Source: an uncultured bacterium
GTDB lineage: Bacteria; Patescibacteriota; JACMRA01
Assembly: GCA_963784355.1 (NCBI GenBank)
Contig: CAWAQU010000007.1
Location: forward strand, 19,640 to 83,639
Reading direction: 5' to 3'
DNA: 64,000 bases
Part shown: positions 27,477 to 37,095 of the stretch, piece by piece
Layout: each line of letters starts with the position of its first letter
Numbering within the stretch: the first letter of the stretch is position 1
Notes under the pieces: model-generated
The model's input: only the letters and a program-made list of their open reading frames with translations
Databases searched by the model: none
What the model was told of the DNA's origin: nothing
Made by a program: the position numbers and the translations under genes

Positions 27477-28277
27477 ATGATAGGTTTCTATGATAGCGGA
27501 ATTGGTGGTGTTTCAATTTTAGATGAAGTTCTAAAAATAAACTCCAAGATCCCTTTTATTTATTTAGCTGATACTGAGGTTTTGCCACTAGGGGACAAGA
27601 CTATTAATTTTATCCAAGATAGAATAAAACTAGCCTGTGAAAAGCTGTTTAGTTTGGGTTGTGAGATAGTAATTTTATCCTGCAATACTGCAAGTGTGAA
27701 TTCTATTCGACATATTCAAAATGTGTGGCTACCGAATAATTATCCAAAGAGGCAGGTATTAAGTATTACCAAGCCATTTACAGAGTTAGTTGAAGAAAAA
27801 TTCAAACATCTAAAATTAGAGAGGGGTTTAATTTTTGCAACTCAAGCTACTTATAATAGCGGATTTTATCAATATGAGTTTTTGAAAAATGGCTTTTCCG
27901 GGCTTGAACACATACCTTGTCCGGGATTAGCTGATGCTATAGAGAAGGAAAGTATTGTGGAAGTTAGAAAACTCATTCAAGAATATATGTACAAGTATTC
28001 TATACAGGTAGATAAAATTAAGTATATTTTGTTAGCTTGTACGCATTATAAGTGGATAACGCCTGAAATTCAAAAAAATTTTAAAAATGCAAGTATAATT
28101 GAACCAAGTAAAACCTGTGCCGAAAAGATTATAAGTTACATTAATCACCACCCGGAATATGTAATTTCAAACAATCTAGAATCACAGTTTTTAGTGACAG
28201 GTGAAAATAATAGCCTGAGTAAAATATCAAGTAAGCTAAACTATAATTTTGCAATAAACAAGATTAAAATAATTTAA
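27477..28277 (+). CDS. murI: glutamate racemase
   Basis: FYDSGIGGVS, CNTAS and ACTHY catalytic-Cys motifs. 266 aa. Confidence 0.9.
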   Translation: MIGFYDSGIGGVSILDEVLKINSKIPFIYLADTEVLPLGDKTINFIQDRIKLACEKLFSLGCEIVILSCNTASVNSIRHIQNVWLPNNYPKRQVLSITKPFTELVEEKFKHLKLERGLIFATQATYNSGFYQYEFLKNGFSGLEHIPCPGLADAIEKESIVEVRKLIQEYMYKYSIQVDKIKYILLACTHYKWITPEIQKNFKNASIIEPSKTCAEKIISYINHHPEYVISNNLESQFLVTGENNSLSKISSKLNYNFAINKIKII

Positions 28278-28369
28278 ACTTGCCAGCATTTAGGTTTTAA
28301 AAATTTTAGCAAATACTGAGATGAATAAAAATGCTAGAATTTTGGTATATTAGTCTTGTTCAAAGCTTT

Positions 28370-28398
28370 TTGACATACCCATTTAAATAGAGTATAAT
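28370..28398 (+). promoter_or_regulatory. perfect consensus promoter TTGACA-17-TATAAT for the 28424 gene
   Basis: TTGACA at 28370-28375 and TATAAT at 28393-28398. Confidence 0.6.
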
Positions 28399-28423
28399 AA
28401 TAGTAACAAAAATAAAAATAGAT

Positions 28424-29827
28424 ATGAAATCCAGATATTCTTGGTTTGAAAAAATGTTAGTAGTTGTATGGCTTTTTGGTACAGTTTTCCTGTTTTCCGG
28501 AATTGCTTCTTCAACGACTGGTGTAAAAAGAGGTATAGATGCCGAATTAGGTCTATTGGTAGCTCCAATCACTGAAGGCAGTAAATATTTACAAAGTCAA
28601 CTTAAGAAAGCTCTTGTAGACCCAATTGAAGCAGAGGCTTTTTTTGGAGGGCCGGTTTATGTTATTGGATCATTTGAGGCTATTGTTAAGGGTATTATTA
28701 AAGCATTTTTCAAAAAATTTTTAGGAAATATTCTGGATAAAATGTTTCAAATATTTGATAATATAATCTCTTTTTTAGAGAGCTGGGCTAACATATTTAA
28801 AAACCTATCAAGTTATTTAAGTGGGTATAGAGCGGCCATGGCTTTTGAAGCATTTGCATCTCTGCAGGTAAATCAAGAGAGATCAAGAGATTTTATTACT
28901 AGATTTACTGGGGAGGGAGCTGAAGAGACCGATGAGTTATTTTTTCTAAGTCAAGACGATTTTAGTATTGCTAGTGATGCAGTTGCTTGGCTAGATTTTG
29001 TGACTATTTTAAAAGCTTTAAATATTGGTGTAATATCAGACTTTATACGTAGTATTATAGGATACGGACCGGATGAATTCAATGACATAAAGTACAATTT
29101 AGTTAATATAGCTTTAGGTGCAAGATGTAATGATTACGCTTCAGTAAATACTGTATTCACAGGTGAGCTTTTTGGAGTTAGTAACGGTTGTATAACGGAA
29201 AACGGCTCAGGACTTATGTATATGCTTGATGAAAGAGCTGAACAGGCTAAAGAAGAAGCAAACGCAGTGCTAGCACAAAAAACGGCTCAGGAGCCTGCCA
29301 ATTGTCAAGGTGTAGGATATGTAGCAGAAGTTGATGACAGTGGTGCTGTAACTAAAAGAGGAAATGAGGTACAGATTGGATTAACTTATGCTACCTCTTC
29401 AAACAGGGGTGAGTTATCTGACAAACTTGAGCAAATTGGTAAAAGAGTGAAGGCTCAGCCATTATTGCCGGAAGAGTGTAAATATACTGAAGTAAAATGG
29501 CAATACGAGCTTGAATCTATTGACAATTCGGATAAAGGAACTAGTGGAGGTGATAATATAGGTGACTTTGTTTTAGATACAGTTAAAAGCACAATAAATA
29601 ATAAATTAACCAATATTTATCAAAGAATTACCAACTCAATTAATTTAATTATTAATTCTATAAATGCTATGGCAGATGCTAATTTAGAAATTTTAGCTAC
29701 TATATTCACAATTACCACAGCATATAGATCTGATATAGCTGTAACTCTTGATGAAGCAGTAAAAAACCTTAGAGATAACAGAACTGATATTGTGGATGAG
29801 ACAGAAGAATTGGAAGGTAGCGCTTAG
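28424..29827 (+). CDS. hypothetical secreted/membrane-anchored protein
   Basis: 467 aa. N-terminal hydrophobic signal (MLVVVWLFGTVFLFSGIASS), amphipathic helices and a coiled-coil C-terminus. No family recognised. Confidence 0.5.
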   Translation: MKSRYSWFEKMLVVVWLFGTVFLFSGIASSTTGVKRGIDAELGLLVAPITEGSKYLQSQLKKALVDPIEAEAFFGGPVYVIGSFEAIVKGIIKAFFKKFLGNILDKMFQIFDNIISFLESWANIFKNLSSYLSGYRAAMAFEAFASLQVNQERSRDFITRFTGEGAEETDELFFLSQDDFSIASDAVAWLDFVTILKALNIGVISDFIRSIIGYGPDEFNDIKYNLVNIALGARCNDYASVNTVFTGELFGVSNGCITENGSGLMYMLDERAEQAKEEANAVLAQKTAQEPANCQGVGYVAEVDDSGAVTKRGNEVQIGLTYATSSNRGELSDKLEQIGKRVKAQPLLPEECKYTEVKWQYELESIDNSDKGTSGGDNIGDFVLDTVKSTINNKLTNIYQRITNSINLIINSINAMADANLEILATIFTITTAYRSDIAVTLDEAVKNLRDNRTDIVDETEELEGSA

Positions 29828-29831
29828 TGCC

Positions 29832-29860
29832 TTGACAATAAATATTTGTATGTTTATTCT
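29832..29860 (+). promoter_or_regulatory. promoter TTGACA-17-TATTCT for tRNA-Thr
   Basis: TTGACA at 29832-29837 and TATTCT at 29855-29860. The tRNA starts at 29874. Confidence 0.55.
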
Positions 29861-29873
29861 TTAGATCAGTTAG

Positions 29874-29949
29874 GCCAAATTAGCTCATCTGGTAGAGCAA
29901 CGGTTTTGTAAACCGTAGGTGGTCGGTTCGAGTCCGACATTTGGCTCCA
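29874..29949 (+). tRNA. tRNA-Thr (anticodon UGU), CCA encoded
   Basis: 76 nt. Acceptor GCCAAAU/AUUUGGC, anticodon stem ACGGU/ACCGU, loop UUUGUAA. Confidence 0.9.
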
Positions 29950-30016
29950 TTTTTTTGGCTGATTTTAAATAATTTTGTTTACAAAAAGAAATAATTTCGT
30001 CAAAATAAAAACAAAT

Positions 30017-31132
30017 ATGAAAAATAGTTTATTCCAAAAATTAAGTTCTAAATTAAATTCCTTACAAAATCTTTCTCAAAATCAAAAAAAGATACTTGCT
30101 TTTTTAGTTTCTTTTTTAGTTTTGGGATTATTTTTATTTGGTTATAATTGGTTTACAAATCCAGGATTTAAGTACAATTTTATTCCTGATAATAGACCTG
30201 ATTCCAGTACTAAGGCCGGTGCCAATGCTAACGTTAAAAAGGCGACTACTGATTTAACAAATGTTTTGAGTAACGTGAATCCTGAAAACTTAATTTATGA
30301 AAAAGTTAAGTTTAAAGACTTGCCTATTTACCCAAAAGCTTGGGTTGAAAAAAATTTTACTCCACAAGAACAATTAAATGCCCTAGTATCAGGCCCCAGT
30401 GGCGATGCTGATAGTGATGGGCTGAATAACAAACAGGAATATCTCTATGGCTCAAATCCGAAAAATAAAGACTCTCTTTGTAATGGTAAAATAGATAATA
30501 ACAGTTGCTTTGGGAGGACAGACAAGCAAAATATTGATATGGGAATAAGCCCACTTACAGGTTTTGAACTAGAATCGCCAACTGAAATTAAAGTGAAAAA
30601 ACAAGATCTTTTGGTAGTTGATAAATTGCAAGATACTTTTAATACCGCTACTAAAGAGGGTGTAGATTTTGTTACTCTTTACCAACTTTCTAAAACGATT
30701 GATCTTTCGGATAAAATGAATGAGATCAAAGTGGTGGAAGTACAAGAAAATACAAATAGTATGATTGCTTATCAAGAAGCTAGGGTAAATTTACTTAAAG
30801 ATAGTGCAAGTGACGATGACTTTTCTAACTTTGTTAAGCTTTACCAGTTATCTACTCTAGATGAGTTAAATAAAGAAAGTCAGAAATACAGAGATTTTAA
30901 AGAAAGACTTGCTGTAATGCCTGTACCAAAAAGGTATGTTCCAAGCCATAAAGCTTATATTATGTTTTTTGATAAAATGATTGAGCTTACTGAACATAGG
31001 AAAACTGAACTTGGAAAAGAAAAATTTAGTGATGAATTTAGAAATAAAAGTAAAACTTTAGCTACAGAAGCTGTCTGGGCCTATAAAAAACTAAATACTG
31101 AGTTATCATTTATTGAACAAAGCAAAAATTAG
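30017..31132 (+). CDS. hypothetical membrane-anchored protein with a thrombospondin-type-3-like Ca-binding motif
   Basis: One TM (LAFLVSFLVLGLFLFGY). DADSDGLNNKQEYLYGSNPKNKDS resembles TSP3/dockerin-type DxDxDG repeats. The track ORF starts at a TTG (29975). The ATG at 30017 is preferred because TTTACA-17-CAAAAT (29978-30006) precedes it. Confidence 0.5.
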   Translation: MKNSLFQKLSSKLNSLQNLSQNQKKILAFLVSFLVLGLFLFGYNWFTNPGFKYNFIPDNRPDSSTKAGANANVKKATTDLTNVLSNVNPENLIYEKVKFKDLPIYPKAWVEKNFTPQEQLNALVSGPSGDADSDGLNNKQEYLYGSNPKNKDSLCNGKIDNNSCFGRTDKQNIDMGISPLTGFELESPTEIKVKKQDLLVVDKLQDTFNTATKEGVDFVTLYQLSKTIDLSDKMNEIKVVEVQENTNSMIAYQEARVNLLKDSASDDDFSNFVKLYQLSTLDELNKESQKYRDFKERLAVMPVPKRYVPSHKAYIMFFDKMIELTEHRKTELGKEKFSDEFRNKSKTLATEAVWAYKKLNTELSFIEQSKN

Positions 31133-31148
31133 CAATCTAGCCCTTTGC

Positions 31149-31177
31149 TTGACAAAAATTTAGCAATGATCTATTTT
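31149..31177 (+). promoter_or_regulatory. promoter TTGACA-17-TATTTT for clpP
   Basis: TTGACA at 31149-31154 and TATTTT at 31172-31177. Confidence 0.5.
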
Positions 31178-31206
31178 TACCTAAACCAAATTTAAATTTA
31201 ATAAAT

Positions 31207-31791
31207 ATGCCTTTAGTACCAATGGTAATAAAAAGATCGTTTGAGGGAGAGAGATCAATGGATTTGTATTCTCGTTTGTTAGACGAAAGAATTGTAATGT
31301 TGTCTGAACCAATTGATGATGTGCTAGCAAGTATTGTTACAGCACAGTTATTGTATTTACAAAGTGAAGATTCAACAAAAGATATCACAATGTACATAAA
31401 TAGCCCAGGAGGTAGTATTATTTCAATGTGGTCAATTATTGATACAATGAATTTGATTAAGCCCAGCGTATCTACAGTATGTGTGGGAATTGCGGCTTCA
31501 GCTGCTAGCTTAATCCTGGCAAATGGCACAAAAGGTAAAAGATTAATATTACCTCATGCAGAAGTGATGATACATCAGCCTTTGATCTCAGGTGGACTTT
31601 CCGGACAAGCCAGTGATATTGAAATTCACACAAAGCAGTTGATCCGCACAAAAAATGATTTACACCAATTTATGGCTGATAAAACCGGACAGAGTGTGAA
31701 AAAAATTGAGAAAGATATGGATAGGGATTACTATTTAAGTGCCCAGGAATCAATAGAATATGGTATAGTGGACAAAATTATTGGAATATAA
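31207..31791 (+). CDS. clpP: ATP-dependent Clp protease proteolytic subunit
   Basis: 194 aa. The catalytic Ser context GIAASAAS, MIHQP, and overall ClpP similarity. Confidence 0.95.
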   Translation: MPLVPMVIKRSFEGERSMDLYSRLLDERIVMLSEPIDDVLASIVTAQLLYLQSEDSTKDITMYINSPGGSIISMWSIIDTMNLIKPSVSTVCVGIAASAASLILANGTKGKRLILPHAEVMIHQPLISGGLSGQASDIEIHTKQLIRTKNDLHQFMADKTGQSVKKIEKDMDRDYYLSAQESIEYGIVDKIIGI

Positions 31792-31803
31792 AAGTATTTA
31801 AAA

Positions 31804-32160
31804 GTGAAACTTAATACAAAAAAAATATTTCAATTTCTTGTTGAATTTTTATTAATCCCTTGGATATGGATCCTGGGGGGTTATTTGGTGATTTTGGTTT
31901 TTTTTATTTTCTATATAAATTTAGAAAAGTACAGTGATGTTTCATTAGAAGTTGCAAATAAATTAGAACAAGGATTGCAAATTAGTCAGGTAATGCAGAT
32001 TTTTGCAGTTTTGTTGTTTGTAAATTATACTGTAAGTTTTTTTGTGAGCGATAAATATCCTAGAATAAGAAATATCTTTTTTCTAGCGAGCCTTTTTTTA
32101 CTTTTTGAATTACTACTTTTTGTCTGGCCTCATTTCCAAGCAGGATTTTTGCAAACTTGA
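31804..32160 (+). CDS. hypothetical membrane protein
   Basis: 118 aa with 3-4 hydrophobic helices and a GTG start. Confidence 0.4.
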   Translation: MKLNTKKIFQFLVEFLLIPWIWILGGYLVILVFFIFYINLEKYSDVSLEVANKLEQGLQISQVMQIFAVLLFVNYTVSFFVSDKYPRIRNIFFLASLFLLFELLLFVWPHFQAGFLQT

Positions 32161-32206
32161 CATTTAGCTTAAATAGAGATTTGTTTGGTATAGTTTTTAT
32201 CTACAT

Positions 32207-32283
32207 GTGCCCGTAGCTCAGTGGATTAGAGTAGCTGGCTTCGAACCAGTTGGTCGGGGGTTCGAGCCCCTCCGGGCACACCA
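32207..32283 (+). tRNA. tRNA-Arg (anticodon UCG), CCA encoded
   Basis: 77 nt. Acceptor GUGCCCG/CGGGCAC, anticodon loop CUUCGAA. An extended -10 (TGGTATAGT, 32186-32194) lies upstream. Confidence 0.9.
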
Positions 32284-32363
32284 CAAGAGACTAAAAAATC
32301 CCAAATTCCTTTATAATACCACAATTACTGAAGAAAATCGCGGTACATAAACTTTAATATCGG

Positions 32364-32792
32364 CTAAACAAAAGTATTGTGATTCTCTAACAGCTCAGTA
32401 ATTAACTCAAAAACGCTAGAAAGCATAGTTAAAACAGCTACTTTTTTGCTATATTCCTGCATTTTTCTATTATTGTTATTTCCAATAAGGTCATAATATT
32501 TGGTTGTGAAATGTTGAAACCAAAGTGCCACTTCCGAAATTTCAAATTGAAAGTTAATAATTTGGTCGCCTACATTTATTAAATTTTTATACTTTTCTAA
32601 AATATTCTTTAGATCATCAAATTCTTGGTCTGAATTAAGAACTATTTTGAATTCATTTAAATTGTTTAATATATTATTGATATATAAGTCTGTCTGTTTA
32701 ATTAGATCCAAATAATATTTTTTTTCTTCTAATTTATCAATATGCATTTTTTCTAGCTTTTTTTTACTTGGCATTAAAAATTCTTCTGGCAT
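32364..32792 (-). CDS. hypothetical all-helical protein (orphan)
   Basis: 142 aa, Asn/Ile/Lys-rich, in a very AT-rich stretch. Lies 7 nt downstream of the 32800 gene. Confidence 0.45.
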   Translation of the reverse strand: MPEEFLMPSKKKLEKMHIDKLEEKKYYLDLIKQTDLYINNILNNLNEFKIVLNSDQEFDDLKNILEKYKNLINVGDQIINFQFEISEVALWFQHFTTKYYDLIGNNNNRKMQEYSKKVAVLTMLSSVFELITELLENHNTFV

Positions 32793-32799
32793 AACTAAT

Positions 32800-33267
32800 T
32801 CAATTATTTAATTTTCTAATATTGTTTATAAATGTATAGTTTATAACTAAATATTCATTCAATATATTTCCCAAATTTATTTTGTCACTATCTGTAAAAG
32901 TTTTTATATTTAGTATTATATCCTTAATTAATACAATATCTTTTATTAGTGTTTTTGCTTGTTCTTTTAGTTCTTCAATTTCATTAGAGGGCTTTTTATC
33001 TAAGTCAGATTCAGTGCTTATTAAAATCTGTTCTATGTTATAGCTATAGTTATTAATCTTATCTGCGATTTGTTGATATTTGTAAGATTGGGAATTCAGA
33101 AAATTTTCAATAAAAATGGAGATCTCATAAATTTTGGATGCGTTACACTTAATTTTCTGTTTTAGTGTTTTTTTGCCAACTTCAGATTCATGGTCAAAAT
33201 GTACTAAATTATTATAATGTCCCATTTGAATTGTAAATTTTAGTCGTTTTTCTTCACTCATAATCAA
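32800..33267 (-). CDS. hypothetical all-helical protein (orphan)
   Basis: 155 aa, Asn/Ile/Lys-rich. No motif recognised. Confidence 0.45.
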   Translation of the reverse strand: MIMSEEKRLKFTIQMGHYNNLVHFDHESEVGKKTLKQKIKCNASKIYEISIFIENFLNSQSYKYQQIADKINNYSYNIEQILISTESDLDKKPSNEIEELKEQAKTLIKDIVLIKDIILNIKTFTDSDKINLGNILNEYLVINYTFINNIRKLNN

Positions 33268-33441
33268 TTTATGTATTAAACTAAATGTAAACTATCAAAT
33301 AGCAGAATTTAAATTAATAGTCAAATAAAAAGTTTCGAGATCTTTCAATTATTACTGTGTTACATTATTGTAAGGGTTTAAACACTGCAAAGTATTAAAA
33401 TTTTATAGAGAAGCTTATTCATCCAAGAACGGTTTGACTAA

Positions 33442-33469
33442 TTTACAAACTTAGCTCAGGTATTATAAA
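33442..33469 (+). promoter_or_regulatory. promoter TTTACA-16-TATAAA for parA
   Basis: TTTACA at 33442-33447 and TATAAA at 33464-33469. The ATG is 11 nt downstream. Confidence 0.5.
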
Positions 33470-33480
33470 TATACAATCAG

Positions 33481-34266
33481 ATGGCTACAGTAATATCAAT
33501 TACAAATCAAAAGGGTGGGGTAGGTAAGACTACAAGCGCTGTAAACTTGGGCGCTGCTTTGTCTAGAATGAATTATAGAGTTTTGATAATTGATTTTGAC
33601 CCTCAAGGGCACAGTGGAGAGCATTTAGGTGTTAAAATTATGAATGATCCTGCTTCTGGGCAAGTTACAATATTGGAGGCTTTAATGGGTTACAAGCCTA
33701 GTTTAAGTTGCATATATAATACCTACATGCCTAATCTTTGGATTATCCCCTCAAATCTGAAATTAGGACAGTTTAATCAAAATTTACCTGCGGGTCTGCA
33801 ATTTAATCTCAAAAACATTTTAACAAAAGATTTGCTAGATAAATTTGATTTTATACTAATTGATTGCCAGCCATCTTTATCTTTACTTACTTTAAATGCT
33901 CTTACAGCCTGTGATTACGTGATTTTGCCGGTACAATCTGAGTTCTTAGCACTTGATGGACTGATGCAACTTGTAGTTACGTTAAAGGAAATCCAAACTA
34001 AACTTCACCCCAAATTAAAAGTATTGGGTATCCTACTTACTATGTTTGATCGGAGAAACCGGCTTAGTGGAGAAGTTAAGCAGGAACTAGAGAAAAATTT
34101 TGGTCAGGATTTATTTCAAGTATCAATTCCAAGAACCGTAAAATTAGCAGAAAGCCCTTCTTTTGGAAAAGCTATATTTGATTATGATCCAAGTTCTTCG
34201 GGAGCTGAAGCCTATGCCTATTTAGCAAAAGAGGTACTGATCAAACTTGGAATGATGCTCAGGTAA
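33481..34266 (+). CDS. parA: chromosome partitioning ATPase ParA/Soj
   Basis: 261 aa. Deviant Walker A NQKGGVGKTT and IIDFDPQG. Confidence 0.9.
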   Translation: MATVISITNQKGGVGKTTSAVNLGAALSRMNYRVLIIDFDPQGHSGEHLGVKIMNDPASGQVTILEALMGYKPSLSCIYNTYMPNLWIIPSNLKLGQFNQNLPAGLQFNLKNILTKDLLDKFDFILIDCQPSLSLLTLNALTACDYVILPVQSEFLALDGLMQLVVTLKEIQTKLHPKLKVLGILLTMFDRRNRLSGEVKQELEKNFGQDLFQVSIPRTVKLAESPSFGKAIFDYDPSSSGAEAYAYLAKEVLIKLGMMLR

Positions 34267-34289
34267 AATTTTTAAAAGCTTTGATTTTC

Positions 34290-35360
34290 CTAATTTAAAT
34301 TTTCAAGTACTGACTGGGCTTCAATTTTTTTGATCTGCTCTATAACTTCGTAAATTCCTCCATCCATGATAACAGGTAATTGATTCCAGTTTTGGTTGTA
34401 TCTATGATCAGTCAATCTATCTTGAGGAAAATTATAAGTACGGATTTTTTCGCTTCGATCTGCTTTACCTACCTGTTCACGTCTTGCTGCACCTTCTTTG
34501 GCTAGCCTCTCTTGTTCATAAAAATCAAACACACGGCTGGTCAGTACTTGTAGGGCTCTGATTTTATTTTGCTGCTGATTTCTTTCATCTTGACTCTGAG
34601 CTTCTATTCCAGTTGGTATGTGCTTTACTTTAATCGCTGAGTAGGTAGTATTTACACTTTGTCCTCCGGCACCTTGACTGGTAGAAGCTGTTACCTCCAC
34701 CTCCTTCATGTCTAGTTTGAAATCATTATTACTTTCTTCAAATAATGGTAAAACCGCTACAGAAACCGTAGAAGTGTGGATCCTACCTTGTTTTTCGGTA
34801 GATGGCACTCTTTGTACTCTATGTACGCCACCTTCATATTTGAACCAACTATATGCTCCATTACCTCTAATTTCAGCAATTAATTCTTTGTAACCGCCTA
34901 ATGAATTTTCACTAAATGAAATAATTTTTAACTTAAAGCCGATTTTTTCGCAAAGATAATTATACATGCGGACCAAGTCTGCTGCAAATAATGCGCTTTC
35001 GTCGCCACCTGCACCTGCACGGATTTCCAAGAAAATGTCGTTATCATCGTGTGGATCCTTTGGTGCTAAAAAAGTGATTAATTTATCTTCAACTATGGCA
35101 AGTTCAGCCTGCTTTTCTTCATTATCAAGCTTTGTAAGTTCTGATAGTTCTTGATCAAGGCTAGAATCATTTAGTAAATCTTCATTTTCACTAATAGATT
35201 TTTCAAGGTGCTTAATCTTTTGGGCCAATACAAATTGGGATTGAAGAGTTTTTTGCTGTTTACCCAGTTTCATTAGATCCTCAGTGGCATTAATACCGGA
35301 AAGGGTTTCATTTATTTCTTCATACTGTTGAATGATCTGTTCTATAGGTAGCTTAGACAT
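34290..35360 (-). CDS. prfA: peptide chain release factor 1
   Basis: 356 aa. GGQ motif (GAGGQSVNTT) and the RF1-type PxT tripeptide (VPSTE). Confidence 0.95.
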   Translation of the reverse strand: MSKLPIEQIIQQYEEINETLSGINATEDLMKLGKQQKTLQSQFVLAQKIKHLEKSISENEDLLNDSSLDQELSELTKLDNEEKQAELAIVEDKLITFLAPKDPHDDNDIFLEIRAGAGGDESALFAADLVRMYNYLCEKIGFKLKIISFSENSLGGYKELIAEIRGNGAYSWFKYEGGVHRVQRVPSTEKQGRIHTSTVSVAVLPLFEESNNDFKLDMKEVEVTASTSQGAGGQSVNTTYSAIKVKHIPTGIEAQSQDERNQQQNKIRALQVLTSRVFDFYEQERLAKEGAARREQVGKADRSEKIRTYNFPQDRLTDHRYNQNWNQLPVIMDGGIYEVIEQIKKIEAQSVLENLN

Positions 35361-35384
35361 GGGATTGTGTTTGGGGTTGTGGAG

Positions 35385-35963
35385 CTAGTTATTCACTCTT
35401 TCTACATATTCATCTTCAATGGTATTGATAAGAACTTTTTCTCCTTCCTTAATAAAAGCTGGTACTTTCACAATTTTGCCTGTTTCAATAGTAGCGTCTT
35501 TAAGTACACCACTAACTGTATTTCCTCTTGCTACATCGTCTGTTTGGATAATCTTATAAGCAATTTTAATTGGTAAATCAATACTTATAGCGTTATCATT
35601 AAAATACTGAATAGCTACTTCAAGCCCTTCTCTTAAATAACCTGCTTTTTCATCAAGCATATCTGCAGGCAAGTCAATTGTTTCATAGGATGACGTGAGC
35701 ATAAAACTTAGAACGTCACCTGTTTGGTACATAAAAGTTGCTACTTCTCTTCTAAGATCGGCCTCTTCTACATTTTCGCCGGATTTAAAAGAATATTCTA
35801 CATTGTTGCCTGTAATTAAGTTCTTCAAGATACATTTTTTTACGGGTTTTCTTTGTTGCATTCTCAAAAAATCACATTTGGTTATTACACATGGTTGACC
35901 GTTATATTGGACGACCTTACCCAACTTAATTTCGGAAAAATCTAACATAAAACTTGCATTCAA
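35385..35963 (-). CDS. efp: translation elongation factor P
   Basis: 192 aa with the three-domain EF-P pattern (GKVVQYNGQPCVI...). Confidence 0.93.
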   Translation of the reverse strand: MNASFMLDFSEIKLGKVVQYNGQPCVITKCDFLRMQQRKPVKKCILKNLITGNNVEYSFKSGENVEEADLRREVATFMYQTGDVLSFMLTSSYETIDLPADMLDEKAGYLREGLEVAIQYFNDNAISIDLPIKIAYKIIQTDDVARGNTVSGVLKDATIETGKIVKVPAFIKEGEKVLINTIEDEYVERVNN

Positions 35964-35970
35964 TTAATGG

Positions 35971-36393
35971 TTGACAATATCAAGCGTACGGAGCAATCTC
36001 TATTTAGTCAAGTTTATGGATTCAGTGGAGTACACATTGATGTTGCAGCGTATTTTATTTCTTTTGTTTGGGGCAAGTTTTGTGGGCTTAGCTTGCGTGT
36101 TAGTCTTTTTGAATCCTTTTCAAAGTGGATTATACATAATTTTATTTTTACTGGGAAGTGTATTGTTTTTATTTAGTGCCGCTAATTTGCTAATTTTTTG
36201 GTGGATCTATTCGATAAAAAAAGTTATTTTGACAATAGTTCAGGTGAATCGTATTGTGTACCAAGGCTTGATATCGAGTCTAGTAGCTATATTTTATTTG
36301 ATAATGTATCAGACTGGCGCATTAAATATCTGGTCCGGTGCAATAGTTTTTATTGTTTATTTTTTGTACGAACTATGGATAAATTCCGGTTAA
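35971..36393 (+). CDS. hypothetical membrane protein
   Basis: 140 aa with four hydrophobic helices. The real start is probably a downstream ATG (36016 or 36040). Confidence 0.4.
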   Translation: MTISSVRSNLYLVKFMDSVEYTLMLQRILFLLFGASFVGLACVLVFLNPFQSGLYIILFLLGSVLFLFSAANLLIFWWIYSIKKVILTIVQVNRIVYQGLISSLVAIFYLIMYQTGALNIWSGAIVFIVYFLYELWINSG

Positions 36394-36396
36394 CTT

Positions 36397-37074
36397 ATGG
36401 CTTTAAATCAACCAAATCAATATCAACCAAATCCCTTTAATTATGTCTATCAAACACGGGAACGCCGTAGGCCCATAAATTTACTCGAGTGGGCTCTTAT
36501 ATGTGTATCGATTCTAAGTCTTGTAGGAATTTTTTGGTGGGGATTTAATAATCAAGAAACAAAAAATAGAGATAATCAAAGATTGCATGATATAAATCAG
36601 ATTACCATTGCTTTAGAAGAGTTTTATAAAAATAGTAATATTGTTCCAAGTAATAGATCATATCCAAAAGCAAAATGTTCTGAATCATTAAATGAAGTGG
36701 ACTACGAAGATACTCTAAGAAGAGCTTTAACCGGAAATGCAAAGGAGCTTGATACGCACGTGTATATAAATCCAAATGATTTTCCTATAGATCAGTGGGG
36801 ATCGTACTCAGTTACTTTTGGAGAAAGGGTAGTACCATATAGATGTACTGAAAAATTGAGTTTAAAATCTTCACCTGAAGGAGTAACAAAAATCTACAAT
36901 GACAGTTTTCCAAGCTGCAATTTTAGTTCAACCAAAAGGTACTATAAGTGTTATATTTACACTAGTAGTAATAATGGTGATACTTTTAAAATTGGGTACT
37001 ATCAGGAATCATCGAACAATTTTATTATTTATAAAAAGTTTAGGGATGATAAAATTCAAGTTGAAATCAATTGA
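36397..37074 (+). CDS. type IV pilin-like protein with a non-canonical N-terminus
   Basis: 225 aa. TM helix LLEWALICVSILSLVGIFWWGF followed by NRDNQRLHDINQITIALEEFYKN, which resembles the pilin alpha-1 continuation (ARDxQRxxDLxxIxxALExYY). There is no G/FTLIE prepilin site. An RERRRP stretch precedes the helix. Confidence 0.45.
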   Translation: MALNQPNQYQPNPFNYVYQTRERRRPINLLEWALICVSILSLVGIFWWGFNNQETKNRDNQRLHDINQITIALEEFYKNSNIVPSNRSYPKAKCSESLNEVDYEDTLRRALTGNAKELDTHVYINPNDFPIDQWGSYSVTFGERVVPYRCTEKLSLKSSPEGVTKIYNDSFPSCNFSSTKRYYKCYIYTSSNNGDTFKIGYYQESSNNFIIYKKFRDDKIQVEIN

Positions 37075-37095
37075 TAATACAATAATTTATTAATC

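Noticed and set aside
31137-31529. 130-aa minus-strand ORF overlapping clpP
   Set aside because: Antisense to an unambiguous ClpP gene.
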